Shown one piece after another: positions 41,925 through 53,375 of a stretch of 64,000 bases of DNA. Made by a program: the position numbers and the translations under genes. How positions within the stretch are numbered: position 1 is the first letter of the stretch; every line of letters begins with the position of its first letter. The DNA lies in assembly GCF_006345805.1 (NCBI RefSeq), contig NC_043006.1, positions 3,038,001 through 3,102,000 of the forward strand. The letters run 5' to 3'. The DNA comes from Octopus sinensis (taxonomy: Eukaryota). The notes under the pieces were generated by a model. That model had not been told where the DNA came from and did no database searches. It saw only the letters and a program-made list of their open reading frames with translations.

Positions 41925-42020
41925 CAGATAGTTTTGGCTGACGAGCTACAAGTGGATTTTTTTGTAAGTAAAATTACATTTAATTCATTAATAGCGAAAC
42001 AATTGTCCCAAAATAATCTG
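41925..42020 (+). ncRNA. Type I hammerhead ribozyme with extended stem II insertion
   Basis: Stem I CAGATAGTTTTGG / CCAAAATAATCTG; core CTGACGA (41938-41944); stem II GCTA...TAGC enclosing a ~43-nt insert; GAAA; stem III AC-AATT-GT (palindrome ACAATTGT); cleavage triplet GTC ending at 42007. All canonical core residues are present. Confidence 0.85.
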
Positions 42021-42789
42021 TATTTTTGTTATTTTTTATTTGCCCTGTCCGTGTGAGCTAACAATCGTACTGACTTTCATGGGAAACATGTATTTTTGTG
42101 GTTGAAACCTTTTGGATTAACTGGTGCTAGAGTGAGCCATATAGTGACCACTCTCTTATATTTATTTTATATATATATATATAAATAAATAAATAAAACA
42201 TATGCATATATACATACATATATGTACGTACATACCTCTACATGTATATATACATGCATATATATGGGTACAGGACACCAAAAAAATAACGTCGAACACA
42301 ATGAGAAACGAAAACATAAAAAAAACCGAGGAAATGGAAATTTTTTTTAAACAACGAAAAAATAGATTACAAGACATACAACACAAGGAAAATTCCCCCT
42401 CTTTAGTCGCCTTAATTTCATCTACTCCACATACATATACATATATGTGTATACATGCACATAGATATGTATGTTTATCACTCAGAAACATGCGTTCGAA
42501 AATTTAGCGTGAACCTGCTTTCACACATTTATTATATATTCATTTTTTTCTAACTCTTACACATATCCATAAAAATAAACCAACATTTCTATAATGTGTA
42601 CGCATATTTGTATCGGTGTATACATACACAGATACACAAATGTGTGCGTATGTGTGTGTGTGTGTGTATATATATACATATATATATGTATATATATAGT
42701 ATATATAATATATACATATACATATATATACATATGTATATATATATATAGATATATATATATATATATATATATATTATTATATATAT

Positions 42790-42887
<98 letters not shown>

Positions 42888-43315
42888 ATATATAATATAT
42901 ATATACACACACACACGCACGCATGCTGTGAGGCACAATGGCCTAGTTGTTGGAGCAATGGACTCATGGTCATAGGATCACGGTTTCGATTTCTAGACCG
43001 GGCGTTGTGAGTGTTTATTGGGCGAAAGGCTCCGGAGGGAGTGGTGGTGAACCCTGCTGCACCCTTTTGCCAAAACCTTCTCTCACTATTTCTTCTTGTT
43101 TCTGTTGTACCTGTAATTTAAAGGGTTAGCCTTGTCACGCTTTGTGTCACGGTGCATCTCCCCGAGGACTACGTTAAGGGTACAGTGGTCAGCCACCTGC
43201 ACGTTAATTTCACGAGCAGGCTATTCCGTTGATCGGATCAACTGGAACACTCGTCGTCGTAACCGACGGAGTGCCATAATATACGAGTGTATAGGTTTAA
43301 ACATATGCGTGTGCA

Positions 43316-43382
<67 letters not shown>

Positions 43383-43440
43383 GCATATATATATATATGT
43401 ATATATATATATACATATATATGTATATATATATATATGT

Positions 43441-43473
<33 letters not shown>

Positions 43474-43514
43474 GCATATATATGTATATATATCTATTTA
43501 TATATATTTGTGTG

Positions 43515-43636
<122 letters not shown>

Positions 43637-43669
43637 TCACACACACACACACACACATCGGCCTACACG

Positions 43670-43830
43670 CTATATGCCGGAAATATTACGCTGGAAGGAA
43701 ACTTCAGAACACATTTGCATTTATCCGCCATTTTAAAATGTGTTTAACTCAATCTTACGGCTGAGTGAGCTTAACTGAAGTGGAAAATAAGAAAATTGCG
43801 TTTCTCTCGATTGCCGTGTCAGGTAAGAGG
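43670..43830 (+). promoter_or_regulatory. Possible promoter/first exon
   Basis: ETS-like CCGGAAAT, YY1 consensus CCGCCATTTT, then donor-like CAG|GTAAGA at ~43822 in non-repetitive sequence. Confidence 0.25.
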
Positions 43831-44146
43831 CATGAATCACTCTGTGTTCGTCTTATGTCTATAACCCAGCTTTGTTATCAAGTGTACATCAATTAATCAG
43901 ATTTACTTAGAACAATCGTTGTTATAAAACTCTTCTTAAGTCTATTAGTTGTAAGTGCACGTTTACTCTCCGACACCTTTTCTCGTTTAACTTCGGGCGA
44001 ACACATTTGTATCGTAATTAATGCGCTTGCCGTGTACTTAACTCTTCCAAGTCCTCATATCTGCTGCTGCTGCTGCTTTTCCGCTGCCGCTGCTAGTAGT
44101 AGTAGTAATAATAGAAGTAGTAGTTATGATGATGATGATGATGATG

Positions 44147-44177
<31 letters not shown>

Positions 44178-44195
44178 TGGTGATGATGATGATGA

Positions 44196-44281
<86 letters not shown>

Positions 44282-44296
44282 GTAATAATAGTAATG

Positions 44297-44327
<31 letters not shown>

Positions 44328-44689
44328 TGATGATAATAATAATAATAATAATAATGATAATAATAATAATAATAATAGTAATACATGATTTTGTATCATT
44401 GGCATAAGGCCATAAATATTTTTGGTGGTAAAAGGTGCGTGGCTTGGCATTCCACTTTAAGACAGTCCACCACCGCTGTAAAGATTAGAAACAACAACAA
44501 CAATAACGACAACGGCAACAGCAACAATAACAACGATAATTGTTAGGGATTTAGAAGCACAAGGTCAACGAGGGGAGAAGTTAGTCAATTGAATCGACCT
44601 CCGTACGTGATTAGAACTTTATTTTGTCGACCCTGAAAGGCTTAAAGGCTAACATGAATCCTACCGGGATAATAATAATAATAATAATA

Positions 44690-44741
<52 letters not shown>

Positions 44742-44821
44742 GTAATAATAATAATAATAATAATATAATAATAATGATAATAATATAATAATAATAATAA
44801 TATATAATAATAATAATGATA

Positions 44822-44900
<79 letters not shown>

Positions 44901-44901
<1 letters not shown>

Positions 44902-45738
44902 TTACTGGACTAAACTAAATGCAAAAGAAATAGACAAAGAAAAATTCCAGCAATGGTTGAGAAGCTCAGGACTCAAAGCAGAGACAGAGGGATTTTTAAT
45001 TGCAGCACAAGACCAAAGCCTCCCCACCAGAAATTACCAAAAACATGTAATGAAAAGAAATATTACAAGTAACTGCAGAATATGTGGAGATGGACAAGAA
45101 ACAATAAATCATATTATCTCTGGCTGCCCAGTCCTGGCTAAGAAGGAATATATTCACAGACATGACAGAGTTGGAACCTACATATATTGGAAGCTATGCC
45201 AACATTATGGAATAACAACAGAAAAAAGATGGTATAGGCACACACCAGAAAAGATCACAGAAAACGAGAAAGCAACCATACTCTGGGATATGCCGATACA
45301 CACAGATAGAGAAATTAAGACCAACAGACCACATATGGTTGTCAGAGATCATGAAGAAAAAAATGCTTTCTAATTGATGTATCAATACCAGCAGATGACA
45401 ACGTGTCTCTAAAAGAAATGGAAAAACTTTCAAAATACAAAGACCTGGAAATAGAGGTAACCAAAATGTGGAATCTAAAAACAGAAACAATTCCTATCAT
45501 AATAGGTGCATTAGGCATGATAAAAAATATTCAGACAAATACATAACAAAAACACCAGGACTTACAAACACATATAACATACAGAAAATTGCACTACTAG
45601 GCACTGTACACATCCTACGCAGAACACTTTCAATACAGTAACCATCAGAGCATCACAACAAATCACAGCACATACCCAAGGCACACAGAGCTGCGCTCGG
45701 TAGTGAAGTGAAAGCACGCTATAAAAATAAAACTACTG
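44901..45738 (+). mobile_element. 5'-truncated R4/Dong-clade non-LTR retrotransposon (CCHC + REL endonuclease)
   Basis: ETEGFLIAAQDQ, CRICGDGQETINHIISGC (CCHC), RHD, ILWDMPIHTD..NRP, LIDVSIP..KLSKYKDL and PIIIGALG, with frameshifts. (TAA)n on both sides. Confidence 0.9.
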
Positions 45739-45768
45739 AATAATAATAATAATAATGATAATAATAAG

Positions 45769-46322
45769 ATGCCCTGAAGCAGTACCAGGCAGTGGCTTTC
45801 ATGGCTTCTGATCTTAACTGATTGTAAGTGTCATCATGTACATTGTTTTGTCTTGGTATAAAAGATGGGCTACAGCAAATATTCTGCTTAATACCAGATT
45901 TGCTTGTCAGTTGTTTGACCTTAACCAGTTGAGCATGTCCCTTAGTGGCTGACGATATGTGCATCTCTGATCACGAGCAGAAGTAGTGGGGGAGCATCAT
46001 AGCCATGTTTTGAGGGGGATTCTTTGGGGTTTGAATAATTCACCTCTGGAAACATAGGTGGTTCTTTCAACATCCTTAAACAACCCTTATTCAGGGACCT
46101 TTTGAGCGGGATGGGCCAATCGACCAGAAGAAAATTCTAACTGGGCCCCACCTGCAAGGTCATACGCTGTTTATCTTGATATGAGATCACCATGTCGCGC
46201 ACATATGGTTGTGATGCATGTGCCTGGTGTACCCTTATCAGACGGGTAGTCATGATGGGTATATTGGGCTTCGTATATTTTACCCCAGTGTCACTTTGAT
46301 GGCATGAACTGCTCTCTCACTC
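45769..46322 (+). mobile_element. ~550-bp non-coding (TAA)n-associated repeat, copy 1
   Basis: Starts ATGCCCTGA.GCAGT and ends CTCTCTCACTC followed by an AAT-repeat tract; recurs five times in the window. Confidence 0.85.
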
Positions 46323-46323
46323 A

Positions 46324-46358
<35 letters not shown>

Positions 46359-46369
46359 GTAATTATATT

Positions 46370-46860
46370 CTCTTTATCACAGGTTTTGTTAGAGCAGTCT
46401 ACGGTACTATACTATTCATTCTTTCAGCTATCTAATACTTTCCTGATTATTCTGGTCGTGCCAAAGAGGCAAACCTTTTGTAACAGTTCTACTGGGCACT
46501 CTATTCCAATTTCCTTTATATTCCTCTTGATGCCTTCTGATATTGTTCCCAAGGACCCAATAATAATTGGCACTATCTTCACCTACTTCATTTTCAATAG
46601 CTGCGCTATTTCCTACTTAAGAGGGTTGTAGTTATCTATCTTTTCGTCTTCCTTCTTGACTATTCGTGGGTCAAAGAAGCATGTGGCATCAATTATATAA
46701 CATACGTGGTGCACCTTGTCCACCACCACCATTAGGTCCGGTCTGTTATGCTGCAGCACCTGATCTGTTTGGATTGTGGAAATCACAGAGGATTTTGCTA
46801 GTCTCCAACTCTGCAACACACTGCGATCTGTGCTCATACCACGTCATTATTATTCTTTCT
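46370..46860 (-). mobile_element. Second R4/Dong-like 3' fragment (different subfamily)
   Basis: Minus strand reads TIQTDQVLQHNRPDLMVV..IIDATC..EKIDNY..PIIIGSLGTI..LLQKVCLFGTTRIIRKVL. Confidence 0.75.
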
Positions 46861-47908
46861 TTATCAAGCACAAAGAGTTTACATCAAAGACATTGTGGAC
46901 AGCAGAGGACAAATAGAAAGTGGAGTTACAGGAAAGTCGTGTAAACAATAAAAACAATAAAAAACAAATCGATTATAGCAAAAAAATTCCCCCAAAGTGG
47001 GAGACTTCTTAGGACTGCTCGTGGGAACCTCACAAATCCACGATTGCCCTAAACCCTCTCTCCACTTTGCCTACAGGCGCATACTTAAAGTAGGCCCATT
47101 CATTGGGGCCATTCTTGTAACATTCACCCACCTTTTAACAAAATTACTGGGTGGGGCGGGGCGGAAGTTCTCTCTTCCTTTTCAATAATAATAATAATAA
47201 TTGCGGAAAGAGAAACTGTGAGATCTAGCTTGCTTACCAGCCACATGGTTCCGGGTTCAGTCCCACTGCGTGGCATCTTAGGCAAGTGTCTTCTACTATA
47301 GCCTCGGGTCGACCAAAGCCTTGTGAGTGTATTTGGTAGACAAAACTGAAAGAAGCCCGTCGTATATATGTTTATATATGTATGTGTGTGTATATGTTTG
47401 TGTGTCTGTGTTTGTCCCTCACCTCCCAACATCGCTTGACAACCGATGGTAGTGTGTTTACCTCCCCGTAACTTAGCGGTTCGGCAAAAGAGACCGATAG
47501 AATAAGTACTAGGCTTGCAAAGAATAAGTCCTGGGGTCGATTTGGTCGACTAAAGGCGGTGCTCCAGCATGGCCGCAGTCAAATGACTGAAACAAGTAAA
47601 AGAGTAAAGGAGTAACAGCAAAATGGTGTCCGCTCTCACAGAATTTACCAGAGCAAACGAAACCGAGCGTTTTGAGAAGAAAAACAATAAAAATAATTTC
47701 AAATTTTGGTGCTATGCCAGAAATTTCGAGGGGGTAGGGGCTAAGTGGATTACATCGACTCCAGTGTTCAACTGATACTTATTTTATCGATCCCGAAAAG
47801 ATGAGAGGTAAAGTCGACCTTGGTGGAATTCCAGCTCTGAACGTTAAACGGACGAAATATTACTTAGAATCTTGCCTGATGGGCTAATGACGCTGCTACT
47901 TCACAATG

Positions 47909-47948
<40 letters not shown>

Positions 47949-47970
47949 TAATAATAATAATAATAATGAT

Positions 47971-48019
<49 letters not shown>

Positions 48020-48035
48020 TAATAATAATAATTGG

Positions 48036-48067
<32 letters not shown>

Positions 48068-48108
48068 TAATAATAATAATAATAATGATAATAATTAATA
48101 TAATATAA

Positions 48109-48154
<46 letters not shown>

Positions 48155-48216
48155 TAATTAATAATAATAATAATAATAAAATAATTAATAATAATAATTG
48201 GAATAATAATAATGAT

Positions 48217-48256
<40 letters not shown>

Positions 48257-48298
48257 TAATAATAATAATTGGAATAATAATAATGATAATAATCATAA

Positions 48299-48333
<35 letters not shown>

Positions 48334-48372
48334 TATTAATAATAATTGGAATAATATAATAATAATAATAAT

Positions 48373-48406
<34 letters not shown>

Positions 48407-48533
48407 TAATAATAATAATAAATAATAATAATAATAATAACAATAATATAATAATGATAATAATAATAATTAATAATAATAATTGGAATAATAATAATAA
48501 TAATAATCATAATAATAATAATAACAATAATAA

Positions 48534-48614
<81 letters not shown>

Positions 48615-48626
48615 TAATAATTAATG

Positions 48627-48657
<31 letters not shown>

Positions 48658-48680
48658 TAATAATTAATAATAATAATTGG

Positions 48681-48712
<32 letters not shown>

Positions 48713-48718
48713 TAATAA

Positions 48719-49263
48719 ATGCCCTGATGCAGTGGCTCTCATGGCTTCTGATCTTAACTGATTGGAAGTGTTATCATGTACATTGTTTTGTCTTGGTATA
48801 AAAGATGGGCTACAGCAAATATTCTGCTCAATACCACAGATTTGCTTGTCAGTTGTTTGACCTTAACCGGTTGAGCATGTCCCTTAGTGGCTGACAATAC
48901 GTGCATCTCTGATCACGAGCAGAAGTAGTGGGGGAGCATCATGGCCATGTGTTGAGAGGATTCTTTGGAGTTTGAATGGTTCACCTCTGGAAACATAGGT
49001 GTTTCGTTCAACATCCTAAAGCAACCCTTATTCAGGGACCTTTTGAGCAGGATGGGCTACTCAACCTGAAGAAAATTCTAACTGGGCCCCACCTGCAAGG
49101 TCATGTGCTGTTTATCTTGATATGAGATCACCATGTCGCGCACATATGGTTGTGATGCATGTGCCTGGTGTACCTTTATCAGACGGGTAGTCATGATGGG
49201 TATATTGGGCTTCGTATATTTTACCCCAGTGTCACTTTGATGGCATGAACTGCTCTCTCACAC
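48719..49263 (+). mobile_element. ~550-bp (TAA)n-associated repeat, copy 2
   Basis: Same sequence and ends as copy 1; flanked by (TAA)n. Confidence 0.85.
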
Positions 49264-49289
49264 AATAATATAATAATAATAATAATGTT

Positions 49290-49322
<33 letters not shown>

Positions 49323-49524
49323 AATAATATAATAATAATAATAATAATAACAATAATCATCATCATCATCATCGTCGTTTAACGTCCGTTCTCCATGCTA
49401 GCATGGGTTGGACGGTTCGACCGGGGTTCTGGGAAGCCAGAAGGCTGCACCAGGCTCCAGTCTAATTTGGCAATGTTTCTACAGCTGGATGCCCTTCAAT
49501 AATTAATAATAATAATAATAATAA

Positions 49525-50079
49525 ATGCCCTGATGCAGTACCAGGCAGTGGCTCTCATAGCTTCTCATCTTAACTGATTGGAAGTGTTATCATGTACATT
49601 GTTTTTCTTGGTATAAAAGATGGGCCACAGCAAATATTCTGCTGAATACCAGAGATTTGCTTGTCAGTTGCTTGATCTTAACCAGTTGAGCATATCCCTT
49701 AGTGGCTGAGGATATGTGCATCTCTGATCACAAGCAGAAATAGTGATGGAGCATCATAGCCATGTGTTGAGAGGAATTCTTAGAGGTTTGGATAATTCCC
49801 CTTTGGAAACATGGGTGGTTCATTCAACATCCTTAAACAATCCTTATGCAGGGACCTTTTGAGTGGGATGGGCTACTCAACCTGAAGAAAATTCTAACTG
49901 GGCTCGACTTGCAAGGCTATGCGTTGTTTATCTTGATATGCGATCACCATGTCGCGCACATATGGTTGTGATACATGTGCCTGGTGTACTGTTGTCAGAC
50001 GGGTAGTCATGATGGGTATACTGGGCTTCGTATATTTTACCCCAGTGTCCCTTTGATGGCATGCACTGCTCTCTCACTC
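49525..50079 (+). mobile_element. ~550-bp (TAA)n-associated repeat, copy 3
   Basis: Same sequence and ends; flanked by (TAA)n. Confidence 0.85.
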
Positions 50080-50146
<67 letters not shown>

Positions 50147-50242
50147 TAATAATAGTAGTAATAATAATAATAATTTTGGCACAATTCCAGAAATTTCGCG
50201 GGAGGAGGATAGTCAATTATATCGGCCCCAGTGCTTCAATGC

Positions 50243-50304
<62 letters not shown>

Positions 50305-50543
50305 TCAAATTTATTCAAATTTATCGAAATACACTTAAATTACATATATGTGCCACTACATGTCCGTGGAAAGATTGTCCGGCATGAAGCCGGTCCGTGT
50401 TATAACAAATGGTTGGACACCAGTGATATACCGAACACTTCAAAACAGGCTTGAAGGACAGAGTAATACAGGAATCCATGGATGATGCAGTTCTTTACGT
50501 TCAGTGGAACCTCCAATAGAGTCAATAAGAGAATCTTATAAAT

Positions 50544-50807
50544 CAGTGGTTCTCAACCATTTTTTTTTTACTCATGGGCCCCTTTGATTCCTAGTTTTCC
50601 TCGGGTGGACCTTCATAGCCATTCAATGTTTTAAATAAAAACTTATATTATTTTTAGAATGAAATATTATTAGGAATTGCAGAACCAAAAAAAATCGAGT
50701 CATTTATTACGTTGAAGAAGTAGAAGCAGATAAATTTCAACAGAACAAAAGAGAAGAAATTTTCTGGACACCCCAAGAATAATATGGAGTCTGGTTGTGA
50801 AGCAATG
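50544..50807. mobile_element. Degenerate hAT-type MITE
   Basis: CAGTGGTTCTCAACC left end and GGTTGTGAAGCAATG right end; TSD only partly matching. Confidence 0.45.
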
Positions 50808-51990
50808 CCAGAAATGGAAAACCAATTCGACACCAAAGCTGCATTCCTCTTCTCAACTGTTGTTCTCCGATATACGAGCGTTTAGCATGGTTTGATTGGA
50901 ACAGCCTCTTTTTGGTCTATAGGCACTGGATGATGATGATAATGATGATGATGGTGATGGTGGTGGTGGTGGTGACAGGAGAATGGTGTGGTGATGCTGG
51001 TGGGCGTTATGGTAGCAGTGATGGTGGTCATGGTGGTTGTAATGGTGGTGATGGTGTTTATGATGATGGCAGAAGAGGTGGACGCGGTGGTGGTGATGAT
51101 AGCGGCGGAGATGGTGGCGATGATGATTATGATGGTGGCGGAAGTGGTAGTGGTAATGACGACGACGACAACGATGGTGATGATGATGATGATTTCTTAC
51201 TTGGAACGTTAGCCCAGGGACTGAATACATCAAGGCGTTCTACGATTTCTGTCATACTCCACCACTAGCACCATCGTAGAGACGACGACGACGACCACCA
51301 CCACCATCATTAACATTATTAATTGGCTGTTGTAGCTGCAGTTACAGTTGAGATGTTAACAACAACGACAGCTCGTTGTCAATTCTGCATTTTTTACAGT
51401 TGTTCTCTCGCTCAAAGTTTTCTTGCTTCTTGTTCATGTAATTATATTGGTGGTGGATGTTGTTTTTGTTGTTACTGTTGTTATTGCTGCTGCTGCTGCT
51501 ATTGTTGTTGTTGCTGTTGTTGTTGTTGTTGCTGTTTACCAGCAAAATAGTGACCAGGATAAGCTTCAGTTGCACGGAGAATATTATATCAAAGCTCTGT
51601 CAAGCATGAAGAGAGGTGGACGAATCTCTCTCTCTCTCTCCGCACACACACGCATGCGTGCACACACACACATGCTATCACGCACGCGTGCACACGCATA
51701 CGCATGCCAATGCCACGCATCTCTACACAAATATATAGGCATTTAAGTACTTCCATATATACTCACTCACACCCACAACTCCATACACACACACACATAC
51801 CCACATGTATATGTATGCATGCATACATATATACATATTTATATATACGTGTATGAATATATGTGTGTTTGTATAAATATATGCATGTGTATACATAAAT
51901 ATATGTACATATATATATGAATACACAAATATTTACACACTCATGTGCATACATGCATGCATATATACATACGCACATACACACACACAC

Positions 51991-52035
<45 letters not shown>

Positions 52036-52283
52036 GGCATACATGCATACATACAATAGGCATATGCATGCATGTATACACAGACACACGTACATACAAC
52101 ATGCACACACATAACATACACATACACATAAATACGTACAAATACACACACACACACACGTAAGTACGTAAACGAACACACATACATACATTTGCTCATA
52201 AACATGAATTTGAGAGCATTGTGTGCACGAGGCCGTGCGCATATCTGTGTGTCCATGTCTATACACACACGTGTCCTCTAACG

Positions 52284-52366
<83 letters not shown>

Positions 52367-52944
52367 GTAAATATGAAGATGTTGAAAATCCGCCATTTTC
52401 TGGTGACGTTGTCAGTTGGAACTGGTACAAGTAGAAAAGCCATTTATACGCCAGCAGTTTGAATAAACTAATTAACGCATAAACTCGACTCGTGAAATTA
52501 GATTTTCTCATTCACTTCCTTGTAACTTTTTTTTAAATGTTTTTTTTTTTAATATTTCGAGCAAAACAAGCGACGGTTTTAACATTACGAAGGAGACCCT
52601 GGCAAAATGCAGTTGACGATTACGTGTTGTAGTGGCGTTCATAAAGAAGTCAGCGATTCGTATTTCGGAATTTGTGTTTTACTATGTTACAATTTTTTAT
52701 CGTGGTTTAACTATCTGTAATCATATACTATGAATCACTACAGCATGCGGAGCATTAAAAGGAAAAAAAAAAAGGTTGTATGATCCTTTAGTGGTGAGCT
52801 CAAATGCTGTCCTGGACCTTGGTAAAGAAAAAAAGATGACAAATGCGACAGAAGTATCAGAGAACGAGTAAAGGAACACCCGAAACCGAAGAATGTAAAG
52901 ACTCGAAGATGTTATTGTTGCTTCTTCGGTTTCTCTGTTGCTTT

Positions 52945-53269
52945 GTAGTAGCAGCAGCAACAGCAGCAGCAGTAGCAGTAGTAGTAGTAGTAGTAGTAGC
53001 AGTAGCAGCAGCAGTAGTAGTAGCAGCAGCAGCAACAGCAACAGCAGCAGCAGTAGCAGCAGTAGCAGCAGCAGCAGCAGCAGTAGTAGTAGCAGCAGTA
53101 GTAGTAGTAGTAGTAGTAGTAGTAGTTGTTGTTGTTGTTGTTGTTGCTGCTGTTGGTAATACCAGCGACAGCAATAACATTAACACTAGAAACAGTAACA
53201 GCAGAAAGAAGAAGAAGAAGAAGAAGAAGAAGAGAAGAAGAAGAAGAAGAAGAAGAAGAAGAAGAAAAG

Positions 53270-53367
<98 letters not shown>

Positions 53368-53375
53368 CCACAACC
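52945..53375. repeat. Compound trinucleotide microsatellite (GCA/GTA/GTT/GAA/CAA)
   Basis: Directly visible; similar compound arrays at 44060-44385, 50925-51195 and 62915-63220. Confidence 0.95.

Larger units (their letters stand above)
41021..42168. mobile_element. Non-coding HHR-containing retroelement (Penelope pLTR/retrozyme-like) with inverted and tandem copies, inserted in (TA)n
   Basis: 41021-41406 is an inverted copy of the unit. 41388-41542 and 41543-41697 form a 155-bp direct duplication. The sequence at 41581 recurs at 42116 (535-bp period). TA microsatellite on both flanks; no ORF. Confidence 0.7.
44670..50300. repeat. Region dominated by long (TAA)n tracts with nested insertions
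   Basis: (TAA)n at 44670-44900, 47905-48718, 49264-49355 and 50080-50300. Confidence 0.95.

Noticed and set aside
50912-51268. Gly/Asp-rich or His-rich ORF as a structural protein
   Set aside because: Degenerate (GAT/GGT)n microsatellite, open on both strands, with no splice support.
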